Assembly (NCBI GenBank): GCA_036676495.1
Contig: JAKFCT010000038.1
Location: forward strand, 8,342-72,341
Length of the DNA stretch: 64,000 nucleotides
From: Candidatus Sericytochromatia bacterium
Lineage (GTDB): Bacteria > Cyanobacteriota > Sericytochromatia > S15B-MN24 > UBA4093
Direction: 5' to 3'
The position numbers and the translations under genes are program-made. Of this stretch, positions 46,318 through 55,438 are shown piece after piece. The notes beneath the pieces are model-generated. The model did not search any database and was not told where the DNA came from. It saw only the letters and a program-made list of their open reading frames with translations. Every line of letters begins with the position of its first letter. The stretch's first letter is position 1.

Positions 46318-47751
46318 TTACTTGAGCTTCTGGCCGAGAACCGAGTGCCGGACTCCGTAGAGGAAGTAGACTCCGATGCCGATGGCCATCCAGATGAGGA
46401 AGCGCTGGATGGTGACATGGGGCAGGGAAATCATCAGGTAGCCGCAGCTGAGCACGGTGCCGATGGCGACCACCGGGATGAAGGGGATCCGGAAGCCCCG
46501 CTTCCATTCCGGACGGGTGAAGCGCAGGACCCAGGCGCCGATGGCCACGCAGACGAAGGCGAAGAGGGTGCCGATGTTGGCGAGCTCCGCCACCGAGGAG
46601 ATCGGGGTGAGGCCGGCCAGCACCGCCACGGCCACGCCGGTGAGGAGGGTGGTCAGGTGCGGGGTGCCGAAGCGCGGATGAACCGCCGTGAAGACCTTGG
46701 GCATGAGCCCGTCGCGCGCCATGGCGAAGAAGATCCGCGGCATGCCCATCAGCATGACCACCAGCACCGAGGTGATGCCGGCCACCGCGCCGACGCTCAA
46801 CAGCGCCGCCGCCCAGCCCTTGCCGATGTACTCGAGGGCGTAAGCCAACGGAGCCGCGTTGTTCACCAGCTCCGGGTAGAGGCGCTGGGGGATGATGCCC
46901 GTGAAGATGGCGCCGACCGCCACGTAGAAGGCCGTGCAGATGGCGAGCGAGGCCAGGATGCCGATGGGCAGGTCGCGCTGGGGGTTCTTGGTCTCTTCGG
47001 CGGCGTTGGAGACGGCGTCGAAGCCGATGAAGGCGAAGAAGATCGTCGCCGCCCCGGTCATGACCCCGCCGAAGCCGTTGGGGAGGAAGGGGTCCCAGTT
47101 GCCCGGGTTGATATGCCCCAGCGTGATGGCGATGAACATCAAGAGCACCGCCACCTTGACGAAGACGAAGAGGGTGTTGGTGTTGACCGACTCGCGGATG
47201 CCACGGACCAAGACCAAGGTGACGCCCAGGGCGATCAGGATGGCGGGGATGTTCATGACGGCCCCCGGCGCCGTGCCCGGGGCGTTGACCCACATGGCCG
47301 GCAAGTCGAGGCCGATGTTATGGAGGATCTTGACGAAGTAGCCTGACCATCCGATCGCCACCGCCGCGGTGGCCACGACGTACTCGAGGATCAGGACCCA
47401 GCCGATCACCCAGGCGATGAACTCTCCGAAGGCGGTGTAGGCGTAGGTGTACGCCGAGCCCGACGCCGGGATCATGGAGGCGACCTCGGCGTAAGCCAGG
47501 GCCGCGAAGGCGCAGGCGAGGCCCGCGAAGAGGAAGCTCAGGATGATGCCCGGCCCCGCGTACTTGGCGGCGGCGGCCCCCGTGATGACGAAGATGCCGG
47601 TTCCGATGATGGCTCCCACTCCCAGGGACGTCAGGTCAAGGGCCCCCAGGACCTTCTTGAGGCCCGAATCTTCTGCGCCGGGAAGGGGTTTGCGAACCAT
47701 GAGCCTGGCAAGCAAGCCAGCTCGGGAGCGTTCGTCGGTCACGGTGCTCAC
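46318..47751 (-). CDS. APC-family amino acid permease (cationic amino acid transporter type)
   Basis: GVGAIIGTGIF, GSAYTYAY, FFAFIGFDAV..AEETKNPQRDLP, MARDGL; about 12 TM helices. Confidence 0.93.
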   Translation of the reverse strand: MSTVTDERSRAGLLARLMVRKPLPGAEDSGLKKVLGALDLTSLGVGAIIGTGIFVITGAAAAKYAGPGIILSFLFAGLACAFAALAYAEVASMIPASGSAYTYAYTAFGEFIAWVIGWVLILEYVVATAAVAIGWSGYFVKILHNIGLDLPAMWVNAPGTAPGAVMNIPAILIALGVTLVLVRGIRESVNTNTLFVFVKVAVLLMFIAITLGHINPGNWDPFLPNGFGGVMTGAATIFFAFIGFDAVSNAAEETKNPQRDLPIGILASLAICTAFYVAVGAIFTGIIPQRLYPELVNNAAPLAYALEYIGKGWAAALLSVGAVAGITSVLVVMLMGMPRIFFAMARDGLMPKVFTAVHPRFGTPHLTTLLTGVAVAVLAGLTPISSVAELANIGTLFAFVCVAIGAWVLRFTRPEWKRGFRIPFIPVVAIGTVLSCGYLMISLPHVTIQRFLIWMAIGIGVYFLYGVRHSVLGQKLK

Positions 47752-47962
47752 GCATGTCTCCTCTATCGTTGGGGAAGCGTTCAGTCAAGCAATATCCTAA
47801 CGTTAAACCCGCTTATGAAGCAACCCACCGAAGCCCCCTGTCCGTTTCGCCGAAGGCAGGCGAGGCTTTCCGCCGTAGACTCTTGCTCGTCACCCACGGC
47901 TTGCTGGCCCGGCGCGCATGCGAGCGGGAAGCAGCCCTTCGACGGGCAGGGGAGGGACGGCC

Positions 47963-48718
47963 ATGCGCGGGACCTGGGGGCTGGGCATTGCCTTGGGCAT
48001 CGTCCTGGCGCTACAACTGCCGGCTTGGGGCACGCTCGGAATGCGTGCGAGCGAGCTCGAGCTCCGCTACGCCTGGGAGGCGGGCCCGGAGGGGACCCGG
48101 CTCTACCAGCTGGGTTCGGCGATCTTCAGCCCGATCCTCTCGGAGGGACGGATGGTGGGGGCGATCGCCGAGCTTCCCGCCGACGCCGGCAAGGCCGGCA
48201 TCATGGCCCTGCTCGCGGCGATGACCCCCGGCTTGCGCCAGGAGCCCGCCGTCGAGCGAGGCAGCCTCGACGCCGACACCTGGAAACGCGTGACCCCCGA
48301 CTACCTGGCCATGGCGATGCACGAAAACGGCAAGCTCTTCGTGCTCGTCCAGCAGCTCGAACCCCAGGACGAGCCCCGGGGGGGCGAGCTCGAACCGCCC
48401 CCCGAAGCCACGGTCGAGGACCCGTACTACCGGGCGCAAAACGACCTCGACATCCTCCGCATGGCCCTCGAATCCTACCGGGCCCGCCATTACTTCCGCT
48501 ACCCCGAGGTCCGTAACGTCGACGAGCTGATCCGGGCGTTGAAGCGCGCGGAGGTCCTTCCCGAGGAGTTCCAGCTCCAGGCGCCGCTCACCGAGTTCGG
48601 CGTCTGGCGAACCGGCTACCGGATCACCGTGCGGGCGGGCGGACGTCCCCTCACGATCCGAGAGCCGGAGCGCTACGATCCCTTCTGGGTCTTCTGGCAG
48701 ATCCGACCCTTCCCTTAG
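47963..48718 (+). CDS. Exported hypothetical protein
   Basis: ATG at 47963 after GGAGGG, signal peptide ending LPAWG, normal codon usage. Confidence 0.65.
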   Translation: MRGTWGLGIALGIVLALQLPAWGTLGMRASELELRYAWEAGPEGTRLYQLGSAIFSPILSEGRMVGAIAELPADAGKAGIMALLAAMTPGLRQEPAVERGSLDADTWKRVTPDYLAMAMHENGKLFVLVQQLEPQDEPRGGELEPPPEATVEDPYYRAQNDLDILRMALESYRARHYFRYPEVRNVDELIRALKRAEVLPEEFQLQAPLTEFGVWRTGYRITVRAGGRPLTIREPERYDPFWVFWQIRPFP

Positions 48719-48796
48719 TGAGTCGCGTAGTTTCTCCCCTGCCTCCATGGCGGATGAAGACCTACCATGGGCTCGCTCGTCTGAGGGAGGTTTGGC

Positions 48797-49678
48797 ATGA
48801 GGGAGCCCTACTGCCTGGTGACCGGTGCGACTTCGGGCATTGGCATGGCGATCGCCATCAGCCTGGGACGCCAAGGAGCCCACGTGGGCATCGTCGCCCG
48901 CACGGCCCAGCGCGGCCGGATCGCGCAGAAGCTCATCGAAGACGCCACGGGACGGCCCGTTTCCGTCTTCGTGGGAGACCTCTCGTCCCAGGCCTCCGTC
49001 CGCATGCTCGCCTCCTCGGTGCTCGGTACATGGGATCGCCTCGACGTGCTCATCCACAACGCCGGCACGTACGCGACGAAGCGGCAGCTCACGCCGGACG
49101 GCCTGGAGCGGACCTTCGCGGTCAATTATCTTTCCCGCTTCCTGCTGACCCAGCTCTTGCTCGAGCGCCTCGAGGCCAGCGCCCCGGCCCGGATCATCCA
49201 CGTGGCCGGCGCCTACCACGCCAAGGGCAGCATCCGCTTCGACGATCTTCAATTCGAGCGGGACTACGACGGCATGCGCGCCAACAACCAGAGCAAGCTC
49301 GCCGACATCCTTTTCACCTATGAGCTGGCCCGCCGCCTGGAAGGCAGCGGCGTCACGGTGAACGCCCTTCACCCCGGAGCGGTCGCCACCGATCTCGTGC
49401 TCACTGATCCGGACTTCCCCCGCTGGCAGAAGGCCCTCTACCGGCTTTGCCGGCCCTTCATGAAGACGCCCCGGCAAGGAGCGGAGACGCCGGTTCACCT
49501 GGCCCTCTCTCCCGAGGTGGCCGGAGTCACCGGGCGTTACTTCATCAACAAACAAGCGGTCCCCTCAGCCCCGGCCACCTACGACCGCGAGCTGGCCCGT
49601 CGGCTCTGGGACGTCAGCGCCGCACTATGCGGGCTTGCGGCCGAGGCCCGGCCCGCGGCGCTCAGCCCCGTGTCTTGA
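48797..49678 (+). CDS. Short-chain dehydrogenase/reductase (retinol dehydrogenase-like)
   Basis: TGATSGIG, HNAG, FAVNYLS, NALHPGAV; the catalytic YxxxK appears as NNQSK (Tyr replaced by Asn). Confidence 0.9.
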   Translation: MREPYCLVTGATSGIGMAIAISLGRQGAHVGIVARTAQRGRIAQKLIEDATGRPVSVFVGDLSSQASVRMLASSVLGTWDRLDVLIHNAGTYATKRQLTPDGLERTFAVNYLSRFLLTQLLLERLEASAPARIIHVAGAYHAKGSIRFDDLQFERDYDGMRANNQSKLADILFTYELARRLEGSGVTVNALHPGAVATDLVLTDPDFPRWQKALYRLCRPFMKTPRQGAETPVHLALSPEVAGVTGRYFINKQAVPSAPATYDRELARRLWDVSAALCGLAAEARPAALSPVS

Positions 49679-50201
49679 GGCCCTCGAGCAGGCTCTTCAG
49701 CGATTCGAGCAAGCGTAGATCCGCTTCGAGGTGCTCCCGGCCGTTGGCGAACATCAAGCGGGCGTAGGCAGGAAGGTAAGGGGCCTTCAGCTCCTCGCCA
49801 GCGTTCCAGCGGGCGATTTCCTGCACGAGCGCCGAGATCTGAGCCTCGACCCCCGGCAGGATCTCCTCGGGAGGCAGGGCCTCGAGGAAGGTCATGGCCG
49901 TGTAGAGCCCGGTGGGAAAAGCCTTGGGGGGCAAGGTCCAGGTCTCGCGCAGCAGGCGCCTGAACTCGACCTGACCCGCCTCGGTGATGGCATAGGTGGC
50001 CTTCTGGCGAAAGCCCGTCTGTTCGGTCGCATGGACTTCGAGCAAGCCCTCGGCGGTCATCTTCTTGAGCGCATGGTAGATGGACCCGGGTAGGACGTCC
50101 GCCCAGACGTCGGCACGGCTCACCTCGAGGGCCTTCTGGATCTCGTAGCCATGCATGGGGGACTTGCTGAGAAGCCCCAGGACCATCAACCGCGTGCTCA
50201 C
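49662..50201 (-). CDS. PadR-family transcriptional regulator
   Basis: VLGLL..PMHGYEI, PGSIYHALKKM..EGL, YAITEAG. Confidence 0.92.
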   Translation of the reverse strand: MSTRLMVLGLLSKSPMHGYEIQKALEVSRADVWADVLPGSIYHALKKMTAEGLLEVHATEQTGFRQKATYAITEAGQVEFRRLLRETWTLPPKAFPTGLYTAMTFLEALPPEEILPGVEAQISALVQEIARWNAGEELKAPYLPAYARLMFANGREHLEADLRLLESLKSLLEGLKTRG

Positions 50202-50212
50202 GCTAGCCCCTC

Positions 50213-50899
50213 CTAGGAAACCGAAACCACTGGCAGCTCAGTCATCTCGCCCACGCGGCTGAACCGGAAGACGCAAAGCGAGCCGCCTTCGCCCAGCGTC
50301 TCGGGGCGATCGAAGCGGAATCCCAGTTTAGACGGATTGATGGCATCCGACCAGTTGTTGTCCTTCTGGCAGAACAAGGGCATCAGCTCTAGAGCTCCGT
50401 TGGCGACAAAGAAGGAGTGGTAGAAGCATGTCCGGATCACCATGGAGTAGGCCGCTTCGTCATCCTGGAGCACGTCGCGCTCGAAGGCCTTGCCGTAGTA
50501 AGCCGCCTGCTTGGACTTGGAGATCGTGACCATGAAGCGGAAGGGATCCCGCGTGACCAGCGGCATGAGGCTCATCATCCCCTCGGAGCCCTTCTTGCCC
50601 GTGTCCAGGAAAGGCCCTCTGAGCATCTCCTGGGCGATCGCCTCATCCTGGGTCGCATCGGAAAGCACCCGGTAGCTTGCCAATAGCACGCACGTGAGGA
50701 AGAGGTGCGAGGCGGAAGCCTTGTCGACCACCATGCCGCGATTCGCGTCGATCAGCGCTTGCGCCTGGGCTTCGATCCTCCCGTAGAGCGCCGCGGAACG
50801 CCCCGGCAGGCTGCGCTCGATCTCGAGCTTCAAGCGCTTCGCATACCCTTTCAGGAAAAGCCGGTCCATCCAGTTCTGCTTCGAGAGATTCAACGCCAT
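50213..50899 (-). CDS. L-2-amino-thiazoline-4-carboxylic acid hydrolase-like (ATC hydrolase family) protein
   Basis: C.YHSFF..G..EL...FC..D and RPETLGEGGSLCVFRF cysteine pattern; ATG at 50899 after AAGGAGG. Confidence 0.75.
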   Translation of the reverse strand: MALNLSKQNWMDRLFLKGYAKRLKLEIERSLPGRSAALYGRIEAQAQALIDANRGMVVDKASASHLFLTCVLLASYRVLSDATQDEAIAQEMLRGPFLDTGKKGSEGMMSLMPLVTRDPFRFMVTISKSKQAAYYGKAFERDVLQDDEAAYSMVIRTCFYHSFFVANGALELMPLFCQKDNNWSDAINPSKLGFRFDRPETLGEGGSLCVFRFSRVGEMTELPVVSVS

Positions 50900-50921
50900 C
50901 CTCAGACCCTCCTTCGATTCA

Positions 50922-50968
50922 ATACTCAACTTTGATTATACAATATTGTATAGCTACCCTATCGTCAA
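50922..50968 (-). promoter_or_regulatory. AT-rich promoter/operator of the ATC-hydrolase-padR unit
   Basis: Minus-strand TTGACG (50963-50968) and TATAAT (50935-50940); perfect palindrome TATACAATATTGTATA (50937-50952); imperfect palindrome TACTCAACTTTGATTA. Confidence 0.55.
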
Positions 50969-50998
50969 GCCCCCGCGTCGGAGGGACGCGGGGGCTTG
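50965..50998 (-). terminator. Hairpin downstream of the DUF2339 gene
   Basis: CAAGCCCCCGCGTC-ggagg-GACGCGGGGGCTTG; weak U-tract. Confidence 0.55.
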
Positions 50999-51021
50999 GC
51001 GATGGCTGAGAAGGGAGGTGG

Positions 51022-53079
51022 TTAGTTCGGATCCCGCTGGAGCCCATACCGGCTGTAGAGCCAGGAGATCCCGATGAGGACGATCCCCAGACCGCCGAAG
51101 GAGAGGATGCGCAGGGGAGTGTCGAGCGAGGAGAGGTCGAAGAGGAAGACCTTGAGGGCCGTCACGCCGAGCACGCCAAGCGCCAGCAACCGGAACCAGC
51201 GGCTCTTCTGGCGGACGCCGTAGGCGAGCAGCCCCGCTCCCGAAACCGTCCACCAGAGGGAGATGCCGAGCTGGGCGGGACGCTCCCAGTTCGGGATGGC
51301 CGAGTGCTGGAAGGCCGAGAAGGTCTCGAGCGTGAGGACCCAGATTCCGAGCAAGGCGGCGGCGGGCGGCACGAAGGCGAGCAGCCTCCCCTCCGACTCG
51401 GGAAGCCGGTGACGGGTCGCCGCCATGAGCAGCAGCGCCGCGATGACGACGCCATACGCCGCGAAGCGCAGGTTGAGGACGGGCCTCAACTCCCCCCACG
51501 GCCCGGTGAGGATCACCCCTCCGAGCGCCAGGGCGAGGAGTGAAACGCTCGCGAGCCGCAGAGCCGGCACATCCAGTCGAAGGCCAAGCCTCTGGCCTGC
51601 CGTCGCGACCAGGGCCCAGAGGCTGAACGCGACGAGCCAGGGCTCACGGGCATGGTTCCAGGGACCGAGCGCGAAGAGCTGGTGGGCGATCAAGGCGGCG
51701 AGCCCCAGCATCCCCAGCCAGGAATAGGTGGCGATCGCCCAACCGGCGGGTTTCCAGCGCGCGGACCAGTAGACCAGCCACCCTGCGGCAAGCACGCCCA
51801 GCGCCAGCGACATGCCGCGTTCGATCCCCTCGAACGGCACGGGACTCGGCAAGAAGACCCCGACGAGCGTCACGGCGTAAAGAAAGAAGACCGCCTGGCC
51901 CGAACGGCGAAACAACGGGCTGCCGAAACGAATGCCGATGGCCTCCAGGAGGGCGGCCTCGGCAGCCCAGGCGGCGGCCAACCAGCCCGCCTCGAGCTGG
52001 ATCGGAGCGGCGAGGGTCAGGAAGAATAACCCCAGCCCCGTGCAGACGTTCCGGAACGCCAGATCGGACGGAGCCAGGCGGGACGCCCCCCAGGAGACGC
52101 CTCCGAAAAAGACGGCCAGCGCCACGGGAAAAAGCGCTCGGAAGGCTCCCAGGGGCTCCGGGACGAGGGCGTAACCGGCCAGAGCGTAAAGCAGCGCGGC
52201 CAGGCACGGCAAGAAGAGATCCTCGGCGGGCGTCGGCTCCCGGCGCCTCAGGCTGTATACGCACGAGGCCCCGAAGAACTGGGCGAAGTAAAGGGTCACG
52301 AAGGCGAACGTCACGCCGTGAAGCGACTCCAGGCGACCTGCGAACAGCATGGCCAGGAGGAGCAGGATCGTGCCCACGAAGCTCAAGCCGACAGGCAGCT
52401 TCCAGTGCTTGAAGAGCGCGGTGGCGACGATACCGGTGTTGAGGACGGCGATGTAAAGCATGAGCGGAACCGGATCGAAGCGCCCTCCGAGCACCAGGGG
52501 AGTCATGAAGCCCCCCAGGGTGGCCAGCGAGATCAAGCTCACGGCCCCCAGGCGCACGGCCAGGACGGCCCCGACCAGGGTGGTGGCGATCATCATCGCG
52601 AAGGCAGCCTCCCCTCCGAAGACGGCGCTGCGCTGGAAGCCGGCCCAGGTATTGAGGTAGAGGATGGCGAGCCCGGCTCCCATGAGGCCGACGCCGAACC
52701 AGCCCTGCGCGCGCGTCCGGGTGAAGGCGCCCAAGGCCATCACGCCGGCGCCGAGCAGGAATCCCGCCACGGTTCGACCGGAGGGTCCGAGGAACTGCCA
52801 GGCATAGGCCAGGAAGAAGGCGACGGCGAGGAAGAGCGCGGCCGAGCCGACCCACAAGGCGCCCTGGCCCCCGATGAGCGCCTCCCAGTCGAGGCGGGGC
52901 AGTCCGGGCCGCGGGAGGCGGACCATGGGCCGGAGCGGCGCGGCGGGCTCCGGCTCGGTCGGAAGGTTCCCAGGGGCCTCCAGGCGATCGAGTCGTTGGG
53001 ACAAGGACGCGACGGCCCGCTCCAGGCGTTCGAGGCGCGCCTCGAGGGTGGAATCCGAGGGTTCCGAGGATGCCGTCAC
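51022..53079 (-). CDS. DUF2339-family polytopic membrane protein
   Basis: N-terminal LEARLERLE coil, WEALIGGQGALWVG, many TM helices, C-terminal KVFLFDLSSL..RILSFGGLG. Confidence 0.85.
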   Translation of the reverse strand: MTASSEPSDSTLEARLERLERAVASLSQRLDRLEAPGNLPTEPEPAAPLRPMVRLPRPGLPRLDWEALIGGQGALWVGSAALFLAVAFFLAYAWQFLGPSGRTVAGFLLGAGVMALGAFTRTRAQGWFGVGLMGAGLAILYLNTWAGFQRSAVFGGEAAFAMMIATTLVGAVLAVRLGAVSLISLATLGGFMTPLVLGGRFDPVPLMLYIAVLNTGIVATALFKHWKLPVGLSFVGTILLLLAMLFAGRLESLHGVTFAFVTLYFAQFFGASCVYSLRRREPTPAEDLFLPCLAALLYALAGYALVPEPLGAFRALFPVALAVFFGGVSWGASRLAPSDLAFRNVCTGLGLFFLTLAAPIQLEAGWLAAAWAAEAALLEAIGIRFGSPLFRRSGQAVFFLYAVTLVGVFLPSPVPFEGIERGMSLALGVLAAGWLVYWSARWKPAGWAIATYSWLGMLGLAALIAHQLFALGPWNHAREPWLVAFSLWALVATAGQRLGLRLDVPALRLASVSLLALALGGVILTGPWGELRPVLNLRFAAYGVVIAALLLMAATRHRLPESEGRLLAFVPPAAALLGIWVLTLETFSAFQHSAIPNWERPAQLGISLWWTVSGAGLLAYGVRQKSRWFRLLALGVLGVTALKVFLFDLSSLDTPLRILSFGGLGIVLIGISWLYSRYGLQRDPN

Positions 53080-53134
53080 GTCATGTCCTTTCGCGGGAGG
53101 GAAGTGAGCAAGCGTTTTGTACCCGGAATAGTTG

Positions 53135-53172
53135 AAAGGCTGACGCCGGCTCCTTCCGGAACCGGCGTCAGC
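53135..53172 (-). terminator. Probable terminator after the phosphomannomutase gene
   Basis: GCTGACGCCGG..CCGGCGTCAGC stem followed by CTTT on the minus strand. Confidence 0.55.
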
Positions 53173-53191
53173 GTTCGAGAGTACTTCGGAG

Positions 53192-54559
53192 TTAGTGCTG
53201 GTGAGCGGGCTGCGGGGCGCCCTTGCGGATGATCCCCAGCAGTTCGTCGCGCAGCTTCTCCATCTCCTCGCGGGTCTTGCCCTCGCAGTTGAGGCGCAGG
53301 AGAGGCTCGGTGTTGCTCTTGCGGATGTTGAACCACCAGGTGTCGCCGAAGACGCTGAGGCCGTCGAGCGTGATCACCTTGCCCTTGCTGCCGTAGCGCT
53401 CCTGGATCTCGGCCATGATGGCGTCGGGATCGGCGACGGTCGAGTTGATCTCGCCCGAGACGTGGTAGCGCTTGGTCTCCTGCATGGCCTCGGCCAGGCT
53501 CTGCTTGGCGTCGGTGAGCTGCTTCAGCAGGACCAGGACCGTGAGGTTGCCCGAGTCGAAGTAGGCGTCATGGTGGCGGAAGTAGTAGTGGCCGGAAACC
53601 TCGCCGCCGAACTCGGCGCCCAGCTCGCGCATGGCGGTCTTGGCGAAGGCGTGGCCGACCTTGACCATCTCGGCGCGGCCGCCGCCCTGGGCGACGACGT
53701 CCCGGACGTAGTTCGAGCAGCGGACGTCGTAGGTGATGATGGCGCCGGGATGCTTCTTGAGGATGGGCTTGGCCATCAGGCCGAGGATGAAGTCGCCGTC
53801 GCAGAACTCGCCGTTGCCGTCCACGAAGAAGGCACGGTCGCAGTCGCCGTCCAGGCCGATGCCGAGGTCGGCGCCGATCTCCTTGACCTTGGCGACGAGA
53901 TCCCGGCGGTTCTCCTCCAGGAGGGGGTTGGCCTCATGGTTGGGGAAGTTGCCGTCCGGCTCGAAGAAGAGCTCGGTGACCTCGACCTTGGAGCCCGCCA
54001 TGAGCTTGGGCATGATCATGCCGCCCATGCCGTTGCCGGCGTCGATGACGACCTTGATCGGAGCGAGCTCCGAAGGCTTCACGAAGGAGTGCATGAACGC
54101 CACGAAAGCATCCAGGACGTTCTTCTCCTCGACCTTGCCGGGCGTCGCCGCGACCGTGCCGATCGTGCCGGCGCGGATCAGGTCCTCGATGTCGCTGAGG
54201 CCGGAGTCGAGGCCCATGGGGATGGCCTTGGCCCGGGTGAACTTGAAGCCGTTGTACTGGCCGGGGTTATGCGACGCGGTCACCACGATGCCGCCGTCCG
54301 CTCCGGAGTCGATGACGGCGAAGTAGAGCATGTCGGTGGAGGCCATGCCGATGGAGATGACGTCACAGCCCGCCTCCGTCAGTCCGCGGATGAGCTCCTT
54401 GGAGAGGGGCACGGACGAGGGGCGCATATCCCAGCCCACGACGACCCGCTTGGCGCCCGTGTAGGCGACGTACGCCCGCCCGAGCTTGTAGGCGAGGTCC
54501 TCGGTCACGTCCTGGCCGTAGATGCCGCGCACGTCGTAGGCTTTGAATGGAGCTGCCAT
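53192..54559 (-). CDS. Phosphomannomutase/phosphoglucomutase
   Basis: FKAYDVRG, TASHNP phosphoserine motif, DGDCDR metal loop, GGEVSGH, RKSNTEP; ATG at 54559. Confidence 0.94.
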   Translation of the reverse strand: MAAPFKAYDVRGIYGQDVTEDLAYKLGRAYVAYTGAKRVVVGWDMRPSSVPLSKELIRGLTEAGCDVISIGMASTDMLYFAVIDSGADGGIVVTASHNPGQYNGFKFTRAKAIPMGLDSGLSDIEDLIRAGTIGTVAATPGKVEEKNVLDAFVAFMHSFVKPSELAPIKVVIDAGNGMGGMIMPKLMAGSKVEVTELFFEPDGNFPNHEANPLLEENRRDLVAKVKEIGADLGIGLDGDCDRAFFVDGNGEFCDGDFILGLMAKPILKKHPGAIITYDVRCSNYVRDVVAQGGGRAEMVKVGHAFAKTAMRELGAEFGGEVSGHYYFRHHDAYFDSGNLTVLVLLKQLTDAKQSLAEAMQETKRYHVSGEINSTVADPDAIMAEIQERYGSKGKVITLDGLSVFGDTWWFNIRKSNTEPLLRLNCEGKTREEMEKLRDELLGIIRKGAPQPAHQH

Positions 54560-54646
54560 ATCTACCTCTTCCTCTTTTGATGGGACCGGAGGCTCGCCCT
54601 CCGGCAACGATGCTTACTGTATTCTACCGGGAGATGCGGGGTTGCA

Positions 54647-55435
54647 TCAAAGCTTGCCGAGCAAGCCCTTGAGATCCAAGCGGCCCTGCACGGACACGGA
54701 GTCCGAGGCCAGGACGACATCGAAGAGACTGAAGCCGACCCCCTGCGGCAAGGTCAGCTTGGCCAGGTCGAGCACGGGCTCCTTCAGGGCCGGAGCGAGC
54801 AGCGCGGGGTCGACCGGCCCTCCCATCATGCTCGCCTGCGGCTCGGCGATGAAGAGCCGGCTGGGCGGAGCCACCACCGGGCGCCCCGAGACCTGGAAGG
54901 GGAAGCTCACCCCCGAGTTGAGCATGACCACGCCCGTGACCTGAAGGCGTCCCTCCTGGACATCGACGTCCTGGGGAACGATATCGACCTTCTGGGTGAT
55001 GGACATGCCGGGGAAGACGCTGAGCTGGACGGGCAAGCCCTTGAGCTGGCGGGTGACGATCGGCTGCTGGATCAGCGTGTCGAGGCCGGCCTCGGAGAAC
55101 GTGATCGAGGCGATCGCCCCCGTGGGCTTCGCCAGGTCCACTTCCCGCGCCCAGAGCAGCCGCCCCGTGTTGAGGGCGATCGCCTCGGACCGCAGCGAGA
55201 AGTCCGCCACCGGGATCCCCTCGACCTTGAAGCCCTTGGCGTCGATCCGCAATTGATCGACCTCACCCTGCGCCACCCGGAAGGGGGGATCCGTGATCAC
55301 CTTGACGTCGAGCGACTCGAAGGGGCCGTAGCGCTGCTTCAACTCGTCCTTGAGCCGGTCCTGGGCAAAGGGGGCCACGGAGGACCCCAAGGCGTAAACG
55401 ATGAGCAGAAGCAGTGCGGTGATGAAGCCGACCAT
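54647..55435 (-). CDS. DUF2993 / LmeA-like phospholipid-binding protein
   Basis: N-terminal TM anchor, GEVDQLRIDA, ITFSEAGL, beta-rich tubular pattern; family call by resemblance. Confidence 0.65.
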   Translation of the reverse strand: MVGFITALLLLIVYALGSSVAPFAQDRLKDELKQRYGPFESLDVKVITDPPFRVAQGEVDQLRIDAKGFKVEGIPVADFSLRSEAIALNTGRLLWAREVDLAKPTGAIASITFSEAGLDTLIQQPIVTRQLKGLPVQLSVFPGMSITQKVDIVPQDVDVQEGRLQVTGVVMLNSGVSFPFQVSGRPVVAPPSRLFIAEPQASMMGGPVDPALLAPALKEPVLDLAKLTLPQGVGFSLFDVVLASDSVSVQGRLDLKGLLGKL

Positions 55436-55438
55436 GAT

